Source: Rhodospirillaceae bacterium
Lineage (GTDB): Bacteria > Pseudomonadota > Alphaproteobacteria > CACIAM-22H2
Length of the DNA: 64,000 nt
Direction of reading: 5' to 3'
Assembly (NCBI GenBank): GCA_009694125.1
Contig: SHVT01000001.1
Location: 6,105 to 70,104 of the forward strand
Below the pieces are notes generated by a model. It worked only from the letters and a program-made list of their open reading frames with translations. It was not told where the DNA came from and did not search any database. Both the position numbers and the translations under genes were made by a program. This document shows positions 19,112 to 29,311 of this stretch, piece by piece. Each line of letters opens with the position of its first letter. Positions within the stretch are counted from its first letter, which is position 1.

Positions 19112-21832
19112 ATGGAATCTTTGGCGTTCGGCGCGCCGCTTTGGTTGGCCGCTTTGGCGGGCCTGCCGGTGTTGTGGTGGCTACTGCGTTTGACGCCGCC
19201 GGTGCCGAGACTCGTTCGTTTTCCCGCGGTTCGTCTGTTGATGAACCTGCGCAAGGAAGAGACCGCAGCCCATACGCCCTGGTGGCTCCTGCTGCTGCGT
19301 ATCATGGTCGCGGCAATGATCATCATCGCGGTTTCGGAGCCGCTCGTGAATCCGACAAGCGGCCTTTCCGGGAGCGGAACGCTGGTTCTGGTCGTCGATG
19401 ATGGTTGGGCCGCGGCCCGCGACTGGCCCGCGCGGCGCGAGACTTTGGCGAAATTGGTCGATCAGGCGGAGCGGGCGCGGCGCCCGATCGTGCTTTTGAC
19501 CACCGCGCCCGCGGCCGGCGATGAGGTTGCGCGGACCAATTCGGTCATGGTCGCGTCCGAAGTTCGCGGCATTATTCAGTCGCTCGAGCCCAAACCGTGG
19601 GCCGTCGATCGGCAGGCCGTGCCCGCCATGATCGACGCCTTGAAGATCGAGGGTTCCGCCAGCGCGGTCTGGTTGTCCGATGGTCTGGATGATGGCCGGG
19701 TCACGGCGCTGGCCGAGCGGCTTCAGCGCCTCGGCGCGCTGCAGATCATGACCGAAGGCCCGACCGACCTTGCCCGCCTTCTGCTGCCGCCGCAGGCCGA
19801 TGGTGACGTGCTTGAGGTGACGGTGGCGCGCGCGGTGGGCACGCCCGACGAAAGCGTGTGGATACGGGCCAGCGGCGAGGACGGCAAAGTTCTGGTTCGC
19901 GAGTCCCTGCGCCTCCCCGAAGGCCAACGGACGGGAACGTTCCGCCTCTCCCTGCCGGCTGAATTGCGTAACCGTCTGGCCCGGCTGGAGATCGAGGGCG
20001 AGACCACCGCCGGCGCGGCGGTCATGCTCGATGAGCGGTGGCGTCGCCGGCCGGTTGGGATCGTGGCCGAGGCCCGCGCCGACCTCTCGCAACCGTTGCT
20101 CGCCGACATGTACTATCTGGAACGAGCATTGGCGCCCTTCAGCGAAATTCGCAAGGGCACCATCGCCGATATGCTGCGCCGCGAACTCGCGGTCTTGGTC
20201 CTCGCCGATGTCGGGAAGATGTCGGACACCGATGCCAAAGCCGTCGGCGAATGGGTCGGCAAGGGCGGCGTGCTCGTGCGCTTTGCCGGCGAACGCCTGG
20301 CCCAGGGCGGCGGCGAGGACGGCCTGCTCCCGGTATCCGTCCGCGCGGGCGGCGGTCGCGCTCTTGCTGGCGCCATGTCCTGGACTGTGCCGGCCGCGCT
20401 ATCGTCTTTCGAGCCCGGCAGCCCGTTCGTGGGGCTTACCATTCCCGATGAAATCCGCATTCAGCGGCAGATACTCGCCGAACCGACGGCCGATCTCGCC
20501 GCCAAGACATGGGCGCGGCTCGCCGACGGTACCCCGTTGGTCACCGGCGAGCGCCGTGGCGAAGGATGGACGGTCCTTGTGCACACGACCGCCAGCCCGC
20601 AATGGTCCAATCTTCCGATATCGGGATTGTTCGTAGAGATGCTCCGCCGCCTCGTCGATTTGAGCCAGGGCGTGGCCGGCGTCGATAGCGTTTCCACCGC
20701 GCTCCCGCCGCTGCTGAACCTCGACGGTTATGGCCGGCCGCAGACGCCGCCGAGCACGGCCTTTCCGATCGCGGCGGGCGATTTCAGCAAAACGACGGTC
20801 GGGCCTAAACATCCACCGGGTTACTACGGCAACGAGACCGCCCGGCGCGCCTTGAATCTGTCGTCCACCGTCGTGCGGCCGCGCATCATCGAGAGCCTGC
20901 CGCCGGGTGTGATCCGGGCCGAATACGCCGCGGCGAGCGAAATCGTGCTCCGCCCCTGGCTTCTGGCGGTGGCTTTGCTCCTGGCGCTCGTGGATTTGGC
21001 GATCAGCCTCTACATGCGCGGCTTCCTCCTCTATCGCGGTCCGGAAGCGGTCGCGCCGGCGTTGCTTCTAGCCGCGATGCTCGGCCTATCCGGCGCGGCG
21101 ATGGCGCAAGCTCCGACCGCGGCCTCGGACGATGTCGCCCTGGACTCGACATTGCAGACGCGCCTTGCCTATGTCCGCACCAATGACCGCGAGGCCGATG
21201 AAATCAGCCGAGCCGGCCTGGCCGGGTTGAGTAATGTTCTTCGCCGGCGCACCTCGGTCGAGGCGGGGCCGCCAATGGAAGTCGACGTCGAACTTGACGA
21301 GTTGGGTTTCTATCCGCTTCTGTATTGGCCGATGACACTCAGCCAGCCGCGGATTTCGCCGCCGGCGATGACTCGAATCGCGAATTTCCTCCGCAATGGC
21401 GGGATGATCGTATTCGATACCCGCGAAGGCGAAATTGGCGCCGGTGGGCCCGCGACCCAACGCCTGCAGGAAATTCTGCGCGGATTGGATCTGCCCGCCC
21501 TCATTCCGGTGCCGCGCGACCATGTGCTGACCAAGGCTTTCTATCTGATGCAGGTTTTCCCGGGTCGCTTCGCCGGTGCAACGGTCTGGGTCGAACAGTC
21601 CGACAGCCGCGTCAATGACGGCGTGTCCTCGCTTGTCATTGGCGGCAACGATTGGGCGGGGGCTTGGGCGGTGGACAATGCCGGCCGCTCGATGAACGCG
21701 GTGGTCCCCGGCGGCGAGCCGCAGCGCGAGATGGCCTTTCGCTTCGGCGTCAACCTCGTCATGTATGCGCTTGCCGGGAACTACAAGGCCGACCAGGTTC
21801 ATATCGATGCGATTCTGGAGCGGATGAAGTAA
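19112..21832 (+). CDS. BatA-like N-terminal double-TM / DUF4159 domain protein
   Basis: FGAPLWL...LLRLTPP, TPWWLLLLR, RFGVNLVMYALAGNYKADQVH. Confidence 0.88.
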   Translation: MESLAFGAPLWLAALAGLPVLWWLLRLTPPVPRLVRFPAVRLLMNLRKEETAAHTPWWLLLLRIMVAAMIIIAVSEPLVNPTSGLSGSGTLVLVVDDGWAAARDWPARRETLAKLVDQAERARRPIVLLTTAPAAGDEVARTNSVMVASEVRGIIQSLEPKPWAVDRQAVPAMIDALKIEGSASAVWLSDGLDDGRVTALAERLQRLGALQIMTEGPTDLARLLLPPQADGDVLEVTVARAVGTPDESVWIRASGEDGKVLVRESLRLPEGQRTGTFRLSLPAELRNRLARLEIEGETTAGAAVMLDERWRRRPVGIVAEARADLSQPLLADMYYLERALAPFSEIRKGTIADMLRRELAVLVLADVGKMSDTDAKAVGEWVGKGGVLVRFAGERLAQGGGEDGLLPVSVRAGGGRALAGAMSWTVPAALSSFEPGSPFVGLTIPDEIRIQRQILAEPTADLAAKTWARLADGTPLVTGERRGEGWTVLVHTTASPQWSNLPISGLFVEMLRRLVDLSQGVAGVDSVSTALPPLLNLDGYGRPQTPPSTAFPIAAGDFSKTTVGPKHPPGYYGNETARRALNLSSTVVRPRIIESLPPGVIRAEYAAASEIVLRPWLLAVALLLALVDLAISLYMRGFLLYRGPEAVAPALLLAAMLGLSGAAMAQAPTAASDDVALDSTLQTRLAYVRTNDREADEISRAGLAGLSNVLRRRTSVEAGPPMEVDVELDELGFYPLLYWPMTLSQPRISPPAMTRIANFLRNGGMIVFDTREGEIGAGGPATQRLQEILRGLDLPALIPVPRDHVLTKAFYLMQVFPGRFAGATVWVEQSDSRVNDGVSSLVIGGNDWAGAWAVDNAGRSMNAVVPGGEPQREMAFRFGVNLVMYALAGNYKADQVHIDAILERMK

Positions 21833-23910
21833 TGATCAGCGGCGACATAACCATTGCCTTTGCTCCGTTGCTGCCTTGGCAGGTGCTGGCTGTCCTTGGC
21901 CTGGCCTCGCTGATCCTGCTCGGCTTCGCGGCCTGGACCCGGTCGAAGGGGTTTCCCTGGCGGGTCTTGGCGTTGGGCACGCTTTTGGCCGCTCTCGCAA
22001 ATCCCTCCGCGGTTCTGGAAGAGCGTCAGCCGCAGAAAGACGTGGCCTTGATCGTCGTCGACGATACGACCAGCCAGTCGATCGGAGAACGGCGCGCGCG
22101 CACCGAGGCCGCGTTCCAGCGCGTGCAGGAACGGCTTTCCGGCCAGAAGGACCTTGAGGTTCGCGTGGCTCGCGTCAATACCGCGGGTGCGTCGCCGTCC
22201 GGGGCCGAGGGCACGCGGCTGTTCGATGCCATCGAACGTGCGCTCGCCGATGTCCCGCGTCAGCGCGTATCGGGCGTCGCCTTGATCACCGATGGCCAGG
22301 TGCATGACGTCCCGGCTTCCCCGGCGCAGGCAAATCTGGTCGGTCCGATTCATGCGATCGTGACCGGCAACCGCAATGAAGGCGATCGTCGGCTCGTGGT
22401 CGAACAGGCGCCAACCTATGGCATCGTCGGCAATCCGCTGTCGATGCGTCTGCGTGTGGAGGACCCGACCGGCGGCTCCGTCGACACCGCGACCCTAAAG
22501 ATCCGGCGCGACGGCCGCGACATGCCGAGCGCGCGCGTCGGGGTTGGCCGACCCGAAGTGGTACCCTTTACCTTGGAACATGGCGGCACCACGGTTTTTG
22601 AAATCGAGGTCGAGGCCGGGCGCCAGGAATTGACGCTGGAAAACAATCGCGCCGTCGTCATCGTCAACGGTGTGCGCGACCGGTTGCGGGTTCTTCTGGT
22701 AACCGGCGATCCCAATCCGGGCGAGAGGGTTTGGCGCAATATTCTGAAATCCGATCCCGGCGTCGATCTGATCCATTTCACGATCTTGCGCCCGCCCGAG
22801 GCTCAGGATTTCACTCCGGTCACCGAGCTGTCACTGATCGCCTTTCCCATTCGCGAGTTGTTCGAGGTCAAGCTCAAAGAATTCGATCTCATCATCTTCG
22901 ACCGCTATCGCCGCCGCGATGTCCTCCCGGCCAGCTATTTGGACAATATCGCGCGTTATGTGCGCGGCGGCGGCGCGCTGCTCGAAGCGGCGGGTCCGGC
23001 CTTCTCGACTCCGCTCAGCCTGTTCAATTCGCCGCTCGGCGACGTCCTGCCCGGTCAGCCGACCGGTATCGTGCACGAACAGGGTTACCGGCCGCGGCTC
23101 ACCGATGCCGGCCATCGCCATCCGGTCACGGCCGAACTGCCCGGGAGCGAGGGCACCGAGGCGAGTTGGGGCCGCTGGTTTCGTCAGATGGATGTGCAGG
23201 CCCGCAGCGGCACGGTGCTGATGGATGGCGCCAATGGCAGCCCGCTTCTTCTCCTCGATCACGTCGGCGAGGGCCGCGTGGCTCAGCTCCTGTCGGATCA
23301 AATTTGGTTGTGGGCGCGGGGCTATGAAGGCGGCGGCCCGCAGGCCGAACTTCTGCGCCGGCTCGCGCATTGGCTGATGAAGGAGCCGGAGCTCGAGGAA
23401 AACGACCTCCGCGCCACCATTCAGGGCAATCGCCTGATGGTCGAGCGCCGCTCATTGAAGCCGGACGACAAGCAGGTCTCGGTGACATTTCCTTCGGGCA
23501 AGACTCAATCCGTGAAGATGACAGAAGGACAAGGCGGCAAGTCGAACGGTGTCGTGGAGATCGAGGAACCGGGGCTCTATCAGGTCGGTGACGGCCAACG
23601 TGTTGCGTTAAGCGCGGTCGGCGCTCTCAACCCGAAGGAACTGGCCGATGTGCGCGCCACTGAGGATTTGCTCAAACCGGTGGTTGCGGCGACCGACGGC
23701 GGCGTTCTTTGGCTGTCGGAAAGCGCCAATTTCGACGTGCGTCGGGTCAAACCCGAACGCGAAGCCGCCGGCCGCAACTGGATCGGATTCAAGGCAAATG
23801 GCGACTATGTCGTCACCGGCGTGAGGCAATTGCCGCTGCTGCCGGCGCTTGTCGTCTTCCTCATCGCGCTGGGGGCGAGCGTCTTTGCGTGGAGGCGGGA
23901 AGGCCGCTAA
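21832..23910 (+). CDS. Membrane protein with VWA-like and class I glutamine amidotransferase-like domains (MoxR cluster)
   Basis: ITDGQVHD, RVLLVTG.P.PGERVWRN.LKSDP, WLWARGYEGGGP; TAATG overlap with the upstream gene. Confidence 0.85.
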   Translation: MISGDITIAFAPLLPWQVLAVLGLASLILLGFAAWTRSKGFPWRVLALGTLLAALANPSAVLEERQPQKDVALIVVDDTTSQSIGERRARTEAAFQRVQERLSGQKDLEVRVARVNTAGASPSGAEGTRLFDAIERALADVPRQRVSGVALITDGQVHDVPASPAQANLVGPIHAIVTGNRNEGDRRLVVEQAPTYGIVGNPLSMRLRVEDPTGGSVDTATLKIRRDGRDMPSARVGVGRPEVVPFTLEHGGTTVFEIEVEAGRQELTLENNRAVVIVNGVRDRLRVLLVTGDPNPGERVWRNILKSDPGVDLIHFTILRPPEAQDFTPVTELSLIAFPIRELFEVKLKEFDLIIFDRYRRRDVLPASYLDNIARYVRGGGALLEAAGPAFSTPLSLFNSPLGDVLPGQPTGIVHEQGYRPRLTDAGHRHPVTAELPGSEGTEASWGRWFRQMDVQARSGTVLMDGANGSPLLLLDHVGEGRVAQLLSDQIWLWARGYEGGGPQAELLRRLAHWLMKEPELEENDLRATIQGNRLMVERRSLKPDDKQVSVTFPSGKTQSVKMTEGQGGKSNGVVEIEEPGLYQVGDGQRVALSAVGALNPKELADVRATEDLLKPVVAATDGGVLWLSESANFDVRRVKPEREAAGRNWIGFKANGDYVVTGVRQLPLLPALVVFLIALGASVFAWRREGR

Positions 23911-23940
23911 ATCGGCGCGCCGTCCCGCCCCGGGTTTGGT

Positions 23941-24378
23941 TCAGCTTGTTCCGGTCGCAACCGCCGGGCCCTGGGTTATCATTCGGGCGCCCGCCATTCC
24001 GATGACCATTGCGCCGATAAAGATAAGCGACTGAGGCAGGCCGAACGCCAAAGACGAAACGGCTGGTCCCGGGCAAAAACCCACCAATCCCCAACCGATG
24101 CCGAAAATCGCGGCCCCACCCACCAAGCGGGCATCGATGTCCTTGCCGGCCGGCGGCGGAAAGCTCTCGGCGAAAAGGGGGGCGGGGCGCCCCGAAGCGA
24201 TCCGGAACGCTGCAAAGGTCACAACCAGCGCCCCAGCCATGACGAAGGCGAGGCTCGGATCCCAGGCCCCGGCGATGTCGAGGAAGCCCAGAACTTTCGC
24301 CGGATCGACCATGTGCGATACGGCCAAGCCGAGACCGAACAGGATTCCGGCGGCGAGGGCGGAAATTTCCTTGCTCAT
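23941..24378 (-). CDS. YeeE/YedE family membrane protein (second subunit type)
   Basis: DPAKVLGFLD..GAWDPSL, FGIGWGLVGFCPGP. Confidence 0.88.
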   Translation of the reverse strand: MSKEISALAAGILFGLGLAVSHMVDPAKVLGFLDIAGAWDPSLAFVMAGALVVTFAAFRIASGRPAPLFAESFPPPAGKDIDARLVGGAAIFGIGWGLVGFCPGPAVSSLAFGLPQSLIFIGAMVIGMAGARMITQGPAVATGTS

Positions 24379-24380
24379 GC

Positions 24381-24806
24381 TCAAGCTCCCATCACATGGC
24401 GCATGACAAAAACGGTGGCGCCGCCGGCAACCATGAAGACGACGGTGGCGATGATCGACCGCGGCGACAGCCTGGCGATTCCGCAGACGCCGTGGCCGCT
24501 CGTACAGCCGCCGGACACGGTCGTGCCGATCCCCGTCAGCAAGCCTCCGGCGAGAAGCAGTGGAAGCGAGGGCGTCAGCGCCAACGCCATGTCGGGTTCG
24601 ACAGCCAGGCGGTACGCGAATGCCCCGATAATGAGTCCGGCGACAAACATCAAGCGCCAGGCGATGTCGCCGCGCGACGGGGCGGCGAGGCCGCCGACGA
24701 TGCCGCTGATTCCGGCGATGCGCCCGTTCATCAACAACAGCGCCGCCGCCGACAATCCAATAAGCGCCCCGCCGATCAGGGCGGGAATGGGCGTGAAATT
24801 CTCCAT
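24381..24806 (-). CDS. YeeE/YedE family membrane protein (sulfur transport family)
   Basis: GRIAGISGI, GGCTSGHGVCGIARLSPRS. Confidence 0.88.
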   Translation of the reverse strand: MENFTPIPALIGGALIGLSAAALLLMNGRIAGISGIVGGLAAPSRGDIAWRLMFVAGLIIGAFAYRLAVEPDMALALTPSLPLLLAGGLLTGIGTTVSGGCTSGHGVCGIARLSPRSIIATVVFMVAGGATVFVMRHVMGA

Positions 24807-24967
24807 CAAAGCGACCTCCTTCGTCATCCGACCGTCACCGGCTTGAATTCATGCGGATCGTTCCGCCTGCGCCGCTAGCATGGCATGATCGGGCGTGGCT
24901 CGCCAGATTCCGAGGAAAGGCCCATTTTCCCATGGCTCAGTTGCAGCCTCGGCAATAGGAGGGGACG

Positions 24968-25681
24968 ATGATAGAGGTCAGGCCGTTTGAAACTCTTGGC
25001 CAATTCGACAACGACTGGCTGAGCGCGCGTTATCATTTCAGCTTTTCCGACTATCGCGATCCCCAGCGCATGGGCTTCGGACCATTGCGGGTTTGGAACG
25101 ACGATCGCGTTCGGCCGGGGCAAGGCTTCGCCCCGCATGGCCACCGCGATATGGAGATCATTACCTATATCCGCAAAGGCGCGATCACCCACGAGGATCA
25201 CCTGGGTAATCGTGGGCGGACCGAAGCGGGCGACGTTCAGGTCATGTCGGCGGGCACCGGGATCACCCATGCCGAATACAATGTGGAGGAGTCCGACACC
25301 GAGCTATTCCAAATCTGGGTGGAGCCGGCGGTCCTCGGCGTCCGCCCACGGTGGGCCACGGGCGCCTTTCCGCGTGGCGAACGGGCCGGCCGGCTGGTAG
25401 CCCTCGCCTCAGACAATCCATCCGTGCTCGCCAGCGGCGAGACCAAACCCCTGACGATTCATCAGGACGCGACCTTATTTGGGGCGGCCTTGCGGGCCGG
25501 CGAATCAGTGAGCCACCGGCTGGAGCCGGGGCGGCGGGTTTATCTCGTGGCGGCGCGCGGCCGCCTTTCCATCAACGATGCGGCGATAAAAGCGCGCGAC
25601 GGCGTCGCCGTCTGGGACATCGCGGAACTGGCGATGGAGGCCAGCGAGGACAGCGAGCTGTTGGTGCTCGATTTGCCCTGA
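24968..25681 (+). CDS. Pirin family protein
   Basis: HFSFSDY, PHGHRDMEIITY, QVMSAGTGITHAEYN, FQIW. Confidence 0.93.
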   Translation: MIEVRPFETLGQFDNDWLSARYHFSFSDYRDPQRMGFGPLRVWNDDRVRPGQGFAPHGHRDMEIITYIRKGAITHEDHLGNRGRTEAGDVQVMSAGTGITHAEYNVEESDTELFQIWVEPAVLGVRPRWATGAFPRGERAGRLVALASDNPSVLASGETKPLTIHQDATLFGAALRAGESVSHRLEPGRRVYLVAARGRLSINDAAIKARDGVAVWDIAELAMEASEDSELLVLDLP

Positions 25682-25784
25682 CACCGGCGCAAAAAAGTCT
25701 CGATTCGCGGAAAAACCGGCTAGGATGCGGTCGATTCGGGCCGGCGCAGGGCTTAGGTGACGGCCAGTCGCGGAGTGGCAGTGG

Positions 25785-27066
25785 ATGAAAGAGCCGTCAA
25801 GTTATGTCGAGCTGCACCTTAGGAACTACGTCGATCGCCTCGCCAAGAATTCCGAGAAAATGTATGCCGTTCACTTGCGGCTGTCCGAATCGCCCTTCTA
25901 TCGACGCAATCACCACTTTCTGAAAATCGCCGTCAACACGGTTGAGACCCTAGCCCGCGATTTCGGCGGCCAGGTCTTCCAACTTCAGAACAGCGACGTC
26001 ATCTTCGTCTTCCCGGCCAAGGACCAGCACGCCCTTAACGAACTGGCCAAGCAGATTCGGCTCGTCTTCACCGAGGATCCGCTGACTTATGAGGCGGGCA
26101 CCGGAACGGACTACGAAAAGCTGGTCAAGTGGTACGACCTCGACGCGGATCTGGCGCAATTTCGGGTCGTCGTTAATCGGGTTGCGGCCACTGCGGAAAA
26201 ATCCCTCCAGACGCAGAAGCCTCATTTTGGCCATCCCGTCGCCGCCGAAAAAAAAGATGGCGAAGTTGTCGTCCAAGACCGTTGGCGATGTCGAGGGCGT
26301 TCTGCAAACCGCGGATATCAGCCCCTATGTCCGGCGCCAGCCCGTCTGCGTTCTTCTCCGCGACAAACCGCCGGTCATGGTCTTCGAGGAGATCTATGTT
26401 TCGATCAAGGATCTCCGGGCGCAGCTTTTCCCCAAGGTCGATCTGCGCAATGCACGGTGGCTCTTTCAGCAATTGACGCTGTCGCTTGATAGGCAAGTCC
26501 TCGTCATGCTGAACCGCGAAAACGAAAAAGCCGTGGCGAAGGTCAGCATCAACCTCAACGTCCCCACACTACTCGGCGACGACTTCCTCAAATTTGACAG
26601 CAACTTGAAGGCCGCCAGTCGCGGCGGCATCATTATCGAAATCAACAAAGTCGACGTCTTCTATGACCTCGGCGCCTTTCGCGCCGCCCGCGATTTTCTG
26701 CGCAAGCGCGGCTATCGCATCGCGATCGATGGCGTCACACCCGACATGTTGTCGATGATCGATCGAGAAAATTTGGAGGCCGATTTCGTCAAGGTCTTCC
26801 ACCACAAGGACCAAACCGCCGAGTGGCAAAAACCCGGGGTACGCGCCATGATCGAAAAGAGCGGGCAGGCGCGCATCATCATGTCGCGCTGCGATTCGGC
26901 GGAATCCGTGGAGACCGGCCAGGCGCTCGGCATCAATCTATTCCAGGGCTACTACGTGAAAAAGTTGCTGGATGCCGGCCGCCAAGGCGCCGTGCCGGAT
27001 GCGACGCGCGCAATCGCCGGCCGGAGATCGGCTGCGGCTCAGCCTGGGACTGGAGAGCGCGATTGA
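25785..27066 (+). pseudogene. Degenerate EAL-domain protein split by a +1 frameshift
   Basis: ORF 25785-26489 supplies the N-terminus; ORF 26089-27066 supplies RQPVC, SINLN, IIIEI, IAIDG, DFVKV, FQGYY. Removing one A from the A8 run at 26248-26255 joins them. Confidence 0.7.
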
Positions 27067-27120
27067 TCCAGAGGCCGGCGATCGGTGCCGCCCTCCGCCG
27101 CCACTGACCGGGGTTCGCCC

Positions 27121-28287
27121 ATGAAATTCATCCTACCGGCGGCCCTGACGCTGGGGCTGCTGGCCGGCCCAGCCTTCGGCGGAATGAAGGACGCCGTCGC
27201 GGCTTATGACCGGGGCGATTACGCGCTGGCGATGCGCGAATTCCTGCCGATGGCGTTGGCGGGAGTTCCCCAGGCCCGTTTCGATCTCGGTCTGATGCAC
27301 GCGACCGGTCGCGGTGTTCCGCGCGACATCTCATATGCGGCGATGTGGTATCGACTGGCCGCCGATCAAGGTTTCGCCCCCGCCCAGTATGAATATGGAA
27401 CCCTGCTGGCGCCGGCCGAGGCCGCCGCCTGGTTCCAACGCGCCGCCGATCAAGGATATGCGCCTGCTGCCTTCTGGCTCGGCCTGGCCTATCGCGAGGG
27501 ATGGGGTGTGCCGCGAAGCGATGTCGACGCCGTCCGTTCCTACCGGAGGGCGGCGGAAGCGGGTCTCGCCGAGGCCCAGTCCAATTTGGGGCTTATGTAC
27601 GAACGCGGTGACGGCATTCCCCAAGACGAGGCCGAGGCCCTCCGCTGGTATCGGCGGGCCGCCGAACTGGGGCAGCCGGAAGCGCAGTTCAATCTCGCAG
27701 CGATGCTTGAGGAAGGCCGGGGCGCTGCGCCCGATGCCGCGGCCGCGGCGGCATGGTATCGGCGGGCGGCGGACCGGGGCGTCGTGGCGGCGATGAACAA
27801 TCTTGGCGTTGTCCTCGAAAAGGGTGACGGCATTTCCGGCGATCCGGCTCTGGCCTACGCCTGGTACGAGGCTGCATCGGTGCGTGGCGGTTCGGGCAGC
27901 GCGGCCGATCAGGCGGGCCGCAACCGCGACCAGATCGCCGCGCGACTGTCGTCCGACGAATTGGTCCGCGCCCGGCGGGAGGCGCAACAGATCTTGGCGC
28001 GGGTCACGGCGGCAACGTCCGCCGCGCCGTCCGAGGTGCCGGGGGTCTCGGCGGCTTCGCCGGCCGACAAATCGCTGACGCTCCGCATCCAGGAGAGTCT
28101 GCGCACGCTGGGCTACGATCCCGGCCCGCCGCAAACGCGCATGGGGTCAAAAATCGCGAGCGCCATTCGTGAATTTCAGGCCGATGTCGGTGCCCCGGTG
28201 ACGGGGGAGGCCACCGAGGTGCTGGCGTTGGGGCTGCGCACGGCGGTGGCCGCGCGGCTTACGTTGCGCTCCCCGGCCTTGCGATAG
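27121..28287 (+). CDS. Exported Sel1-repeat protein with C-terminal peptidoglycan-binding-like domain
   Basis: Signal peptide; repeats AQ.NLG.MY..G.G...D..EA..WYRRAA; IQESLRTLGYDPG...AIREFQ. Confidence 0.88.
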   Translation: MKFILPAALTLGLLAGPAFGGMKDAVAAYDRGDYALAMREFLPMALAGVPQARFDLGLMHATGRGVPRDISYAAMWYRLAADQGFAPAQYEYGTLLAPAEAAAWFQRAADQGYAPAAFWLGLAYREGWGVPRSDVDAVRSYRRAAEAGLAEAQSNLGLMYERGDGIPQDEAEALRWYRRAAELGQPEAQFNLAAMLEEGRGAAPDAAAAAAWYRRAADRGVVAAMNNLGVVLEKGDGISGDPALAYAWYEAASVRGGSGSAADQAGRNRDQIAARLSSDELVRARREAQQILARVTAATSAAPSEVPGVSAASPADKSLTLRIQESLRTLGYDPGPPQTRMGSKIASAIREFQADVGAPVTGEATEVLALGLRTAVAARLTLRSPALR

Positions 28288-28375
28288 CGCGGCTAACGAG
28301 AAATTGTTCGCCGGCCGCTTCCGTCGCGGCCAGTGGAGACATAGAGTTGCCCCGACACCTGGAGGGTGGGATGCC

Positions 28376-29293
28376 GTGAAGCGCCTCATTCTGATCGCTC
28401 TGCTGGTCACGTCCGTGCCCGCCTTCGCCGGTGTCGACGAGGGTCTCGCGGCGATCGAGAGCGGCGATTTTGCCACGGCGCTGCGGGAGCTGCGGCCCGC
28501 CGCGGAAGGCGGCGATGCGCGCGCCCAGTTTGCCGTCGGACTCATGCATGAAAGCGGGCAGGGCGTGGCCGCCAACGCCGCCGAAGCCGCCCGCTGGTAT
28601 CGGAGCGCGGCCGAGCAAGGTTTTGCGCGCGCCGAACTCAGCCTCGCCAATTTGTACCGGCAGGGCCGCGGCGTCCAACAGAGCGATGTTGAAGCCGTGA
28701 AGCTCTATCGCCGCGCCGCGGAAAGCGGATTGGCCGGCGCCCAGCTTAATCTGGCCAACATGTATCTCGAGGGCCGCGGCGTTCAGCAGAGCGATGTCGA
28801 GGCCGCGAAATGGACGCGGCGTGCGGCCGATCAAGGCTCGGCAGGGGCCCAGCTCAATCTCGGGAACATGTACCGGGAGGGGCGCGGGGTCCTGCAAAAC
28901 GATGAGGCGGCAATCACCTGGTATGGCCGTGCCGCCGAGCAGGGTCATTCACGCGCGATGTTCAGCCTCGGCCAAATGCACGAACAGGGGCGCGGCGTGC
29001 CGCGCGATCTGTCGGAGGCCGCGCGCTGGTATGGCCGCGCCGCGGAACAGGGGCTGCCGCTGGCGCAGTACAATCTGGGCGTGTTGCTCGAAAGGGGCGA
29101 GGGCGTCCAGCGCAACCCGGTGAAGGCCATGGCGTGGTATGTCCTGGCCAGGCTCCGGCTCCCGCCTGGGCTTGACCGCGACCGCGCCGAGACCGCCATG
29201 CTGCGCGTGGATACGCAGCTAACCAATGAGGGCCGTGCCCAGGCGCGCCGTCTGGCCGAGGACCTGCTGGATCAATTGCCCGGCGAAAAATAG
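28376..29293 (+). CDS. Exported Sel1-repeat protein
   Basis: GTG start, signal peptide, about six 36-aa Sel1 repeats. Confidence 0.88.
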   Translation: MKRLILIALLVTSVPAFAGVDEGLAAIESGDFATALRELRPAAEGGDARAQFAVGLMHESGQGVAANAAEAARWYRSAAEQGFARAELSLANLYRQGRGVQQSDVEAVKLYRRAAESGLAGAQLNLANMYLEGRGVQQSDVEAAKWTRRAADQGSAGAQLNLGNMYREGRGVLQNDEAAITWYGRAAEQGHSRAMFSLGQMHEQGRGVPRDLSEAARWYGRAAEQGLPLAQYNLGVLLERGEGVQRNPVKAMAWYVLARLRLPPGLDRDRAETAMLRVDTQLTNEGRAQARRLAEDLLDQLPGEK

Positions 29294-29311
29294 GCCGCGC
29301 CGCGGTTTCGC

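Noticed and set aside
28660..28900. Nucleotide repeats with 108-bp period
   Set aside because: Explained by 36-aa Sel1 repeats.
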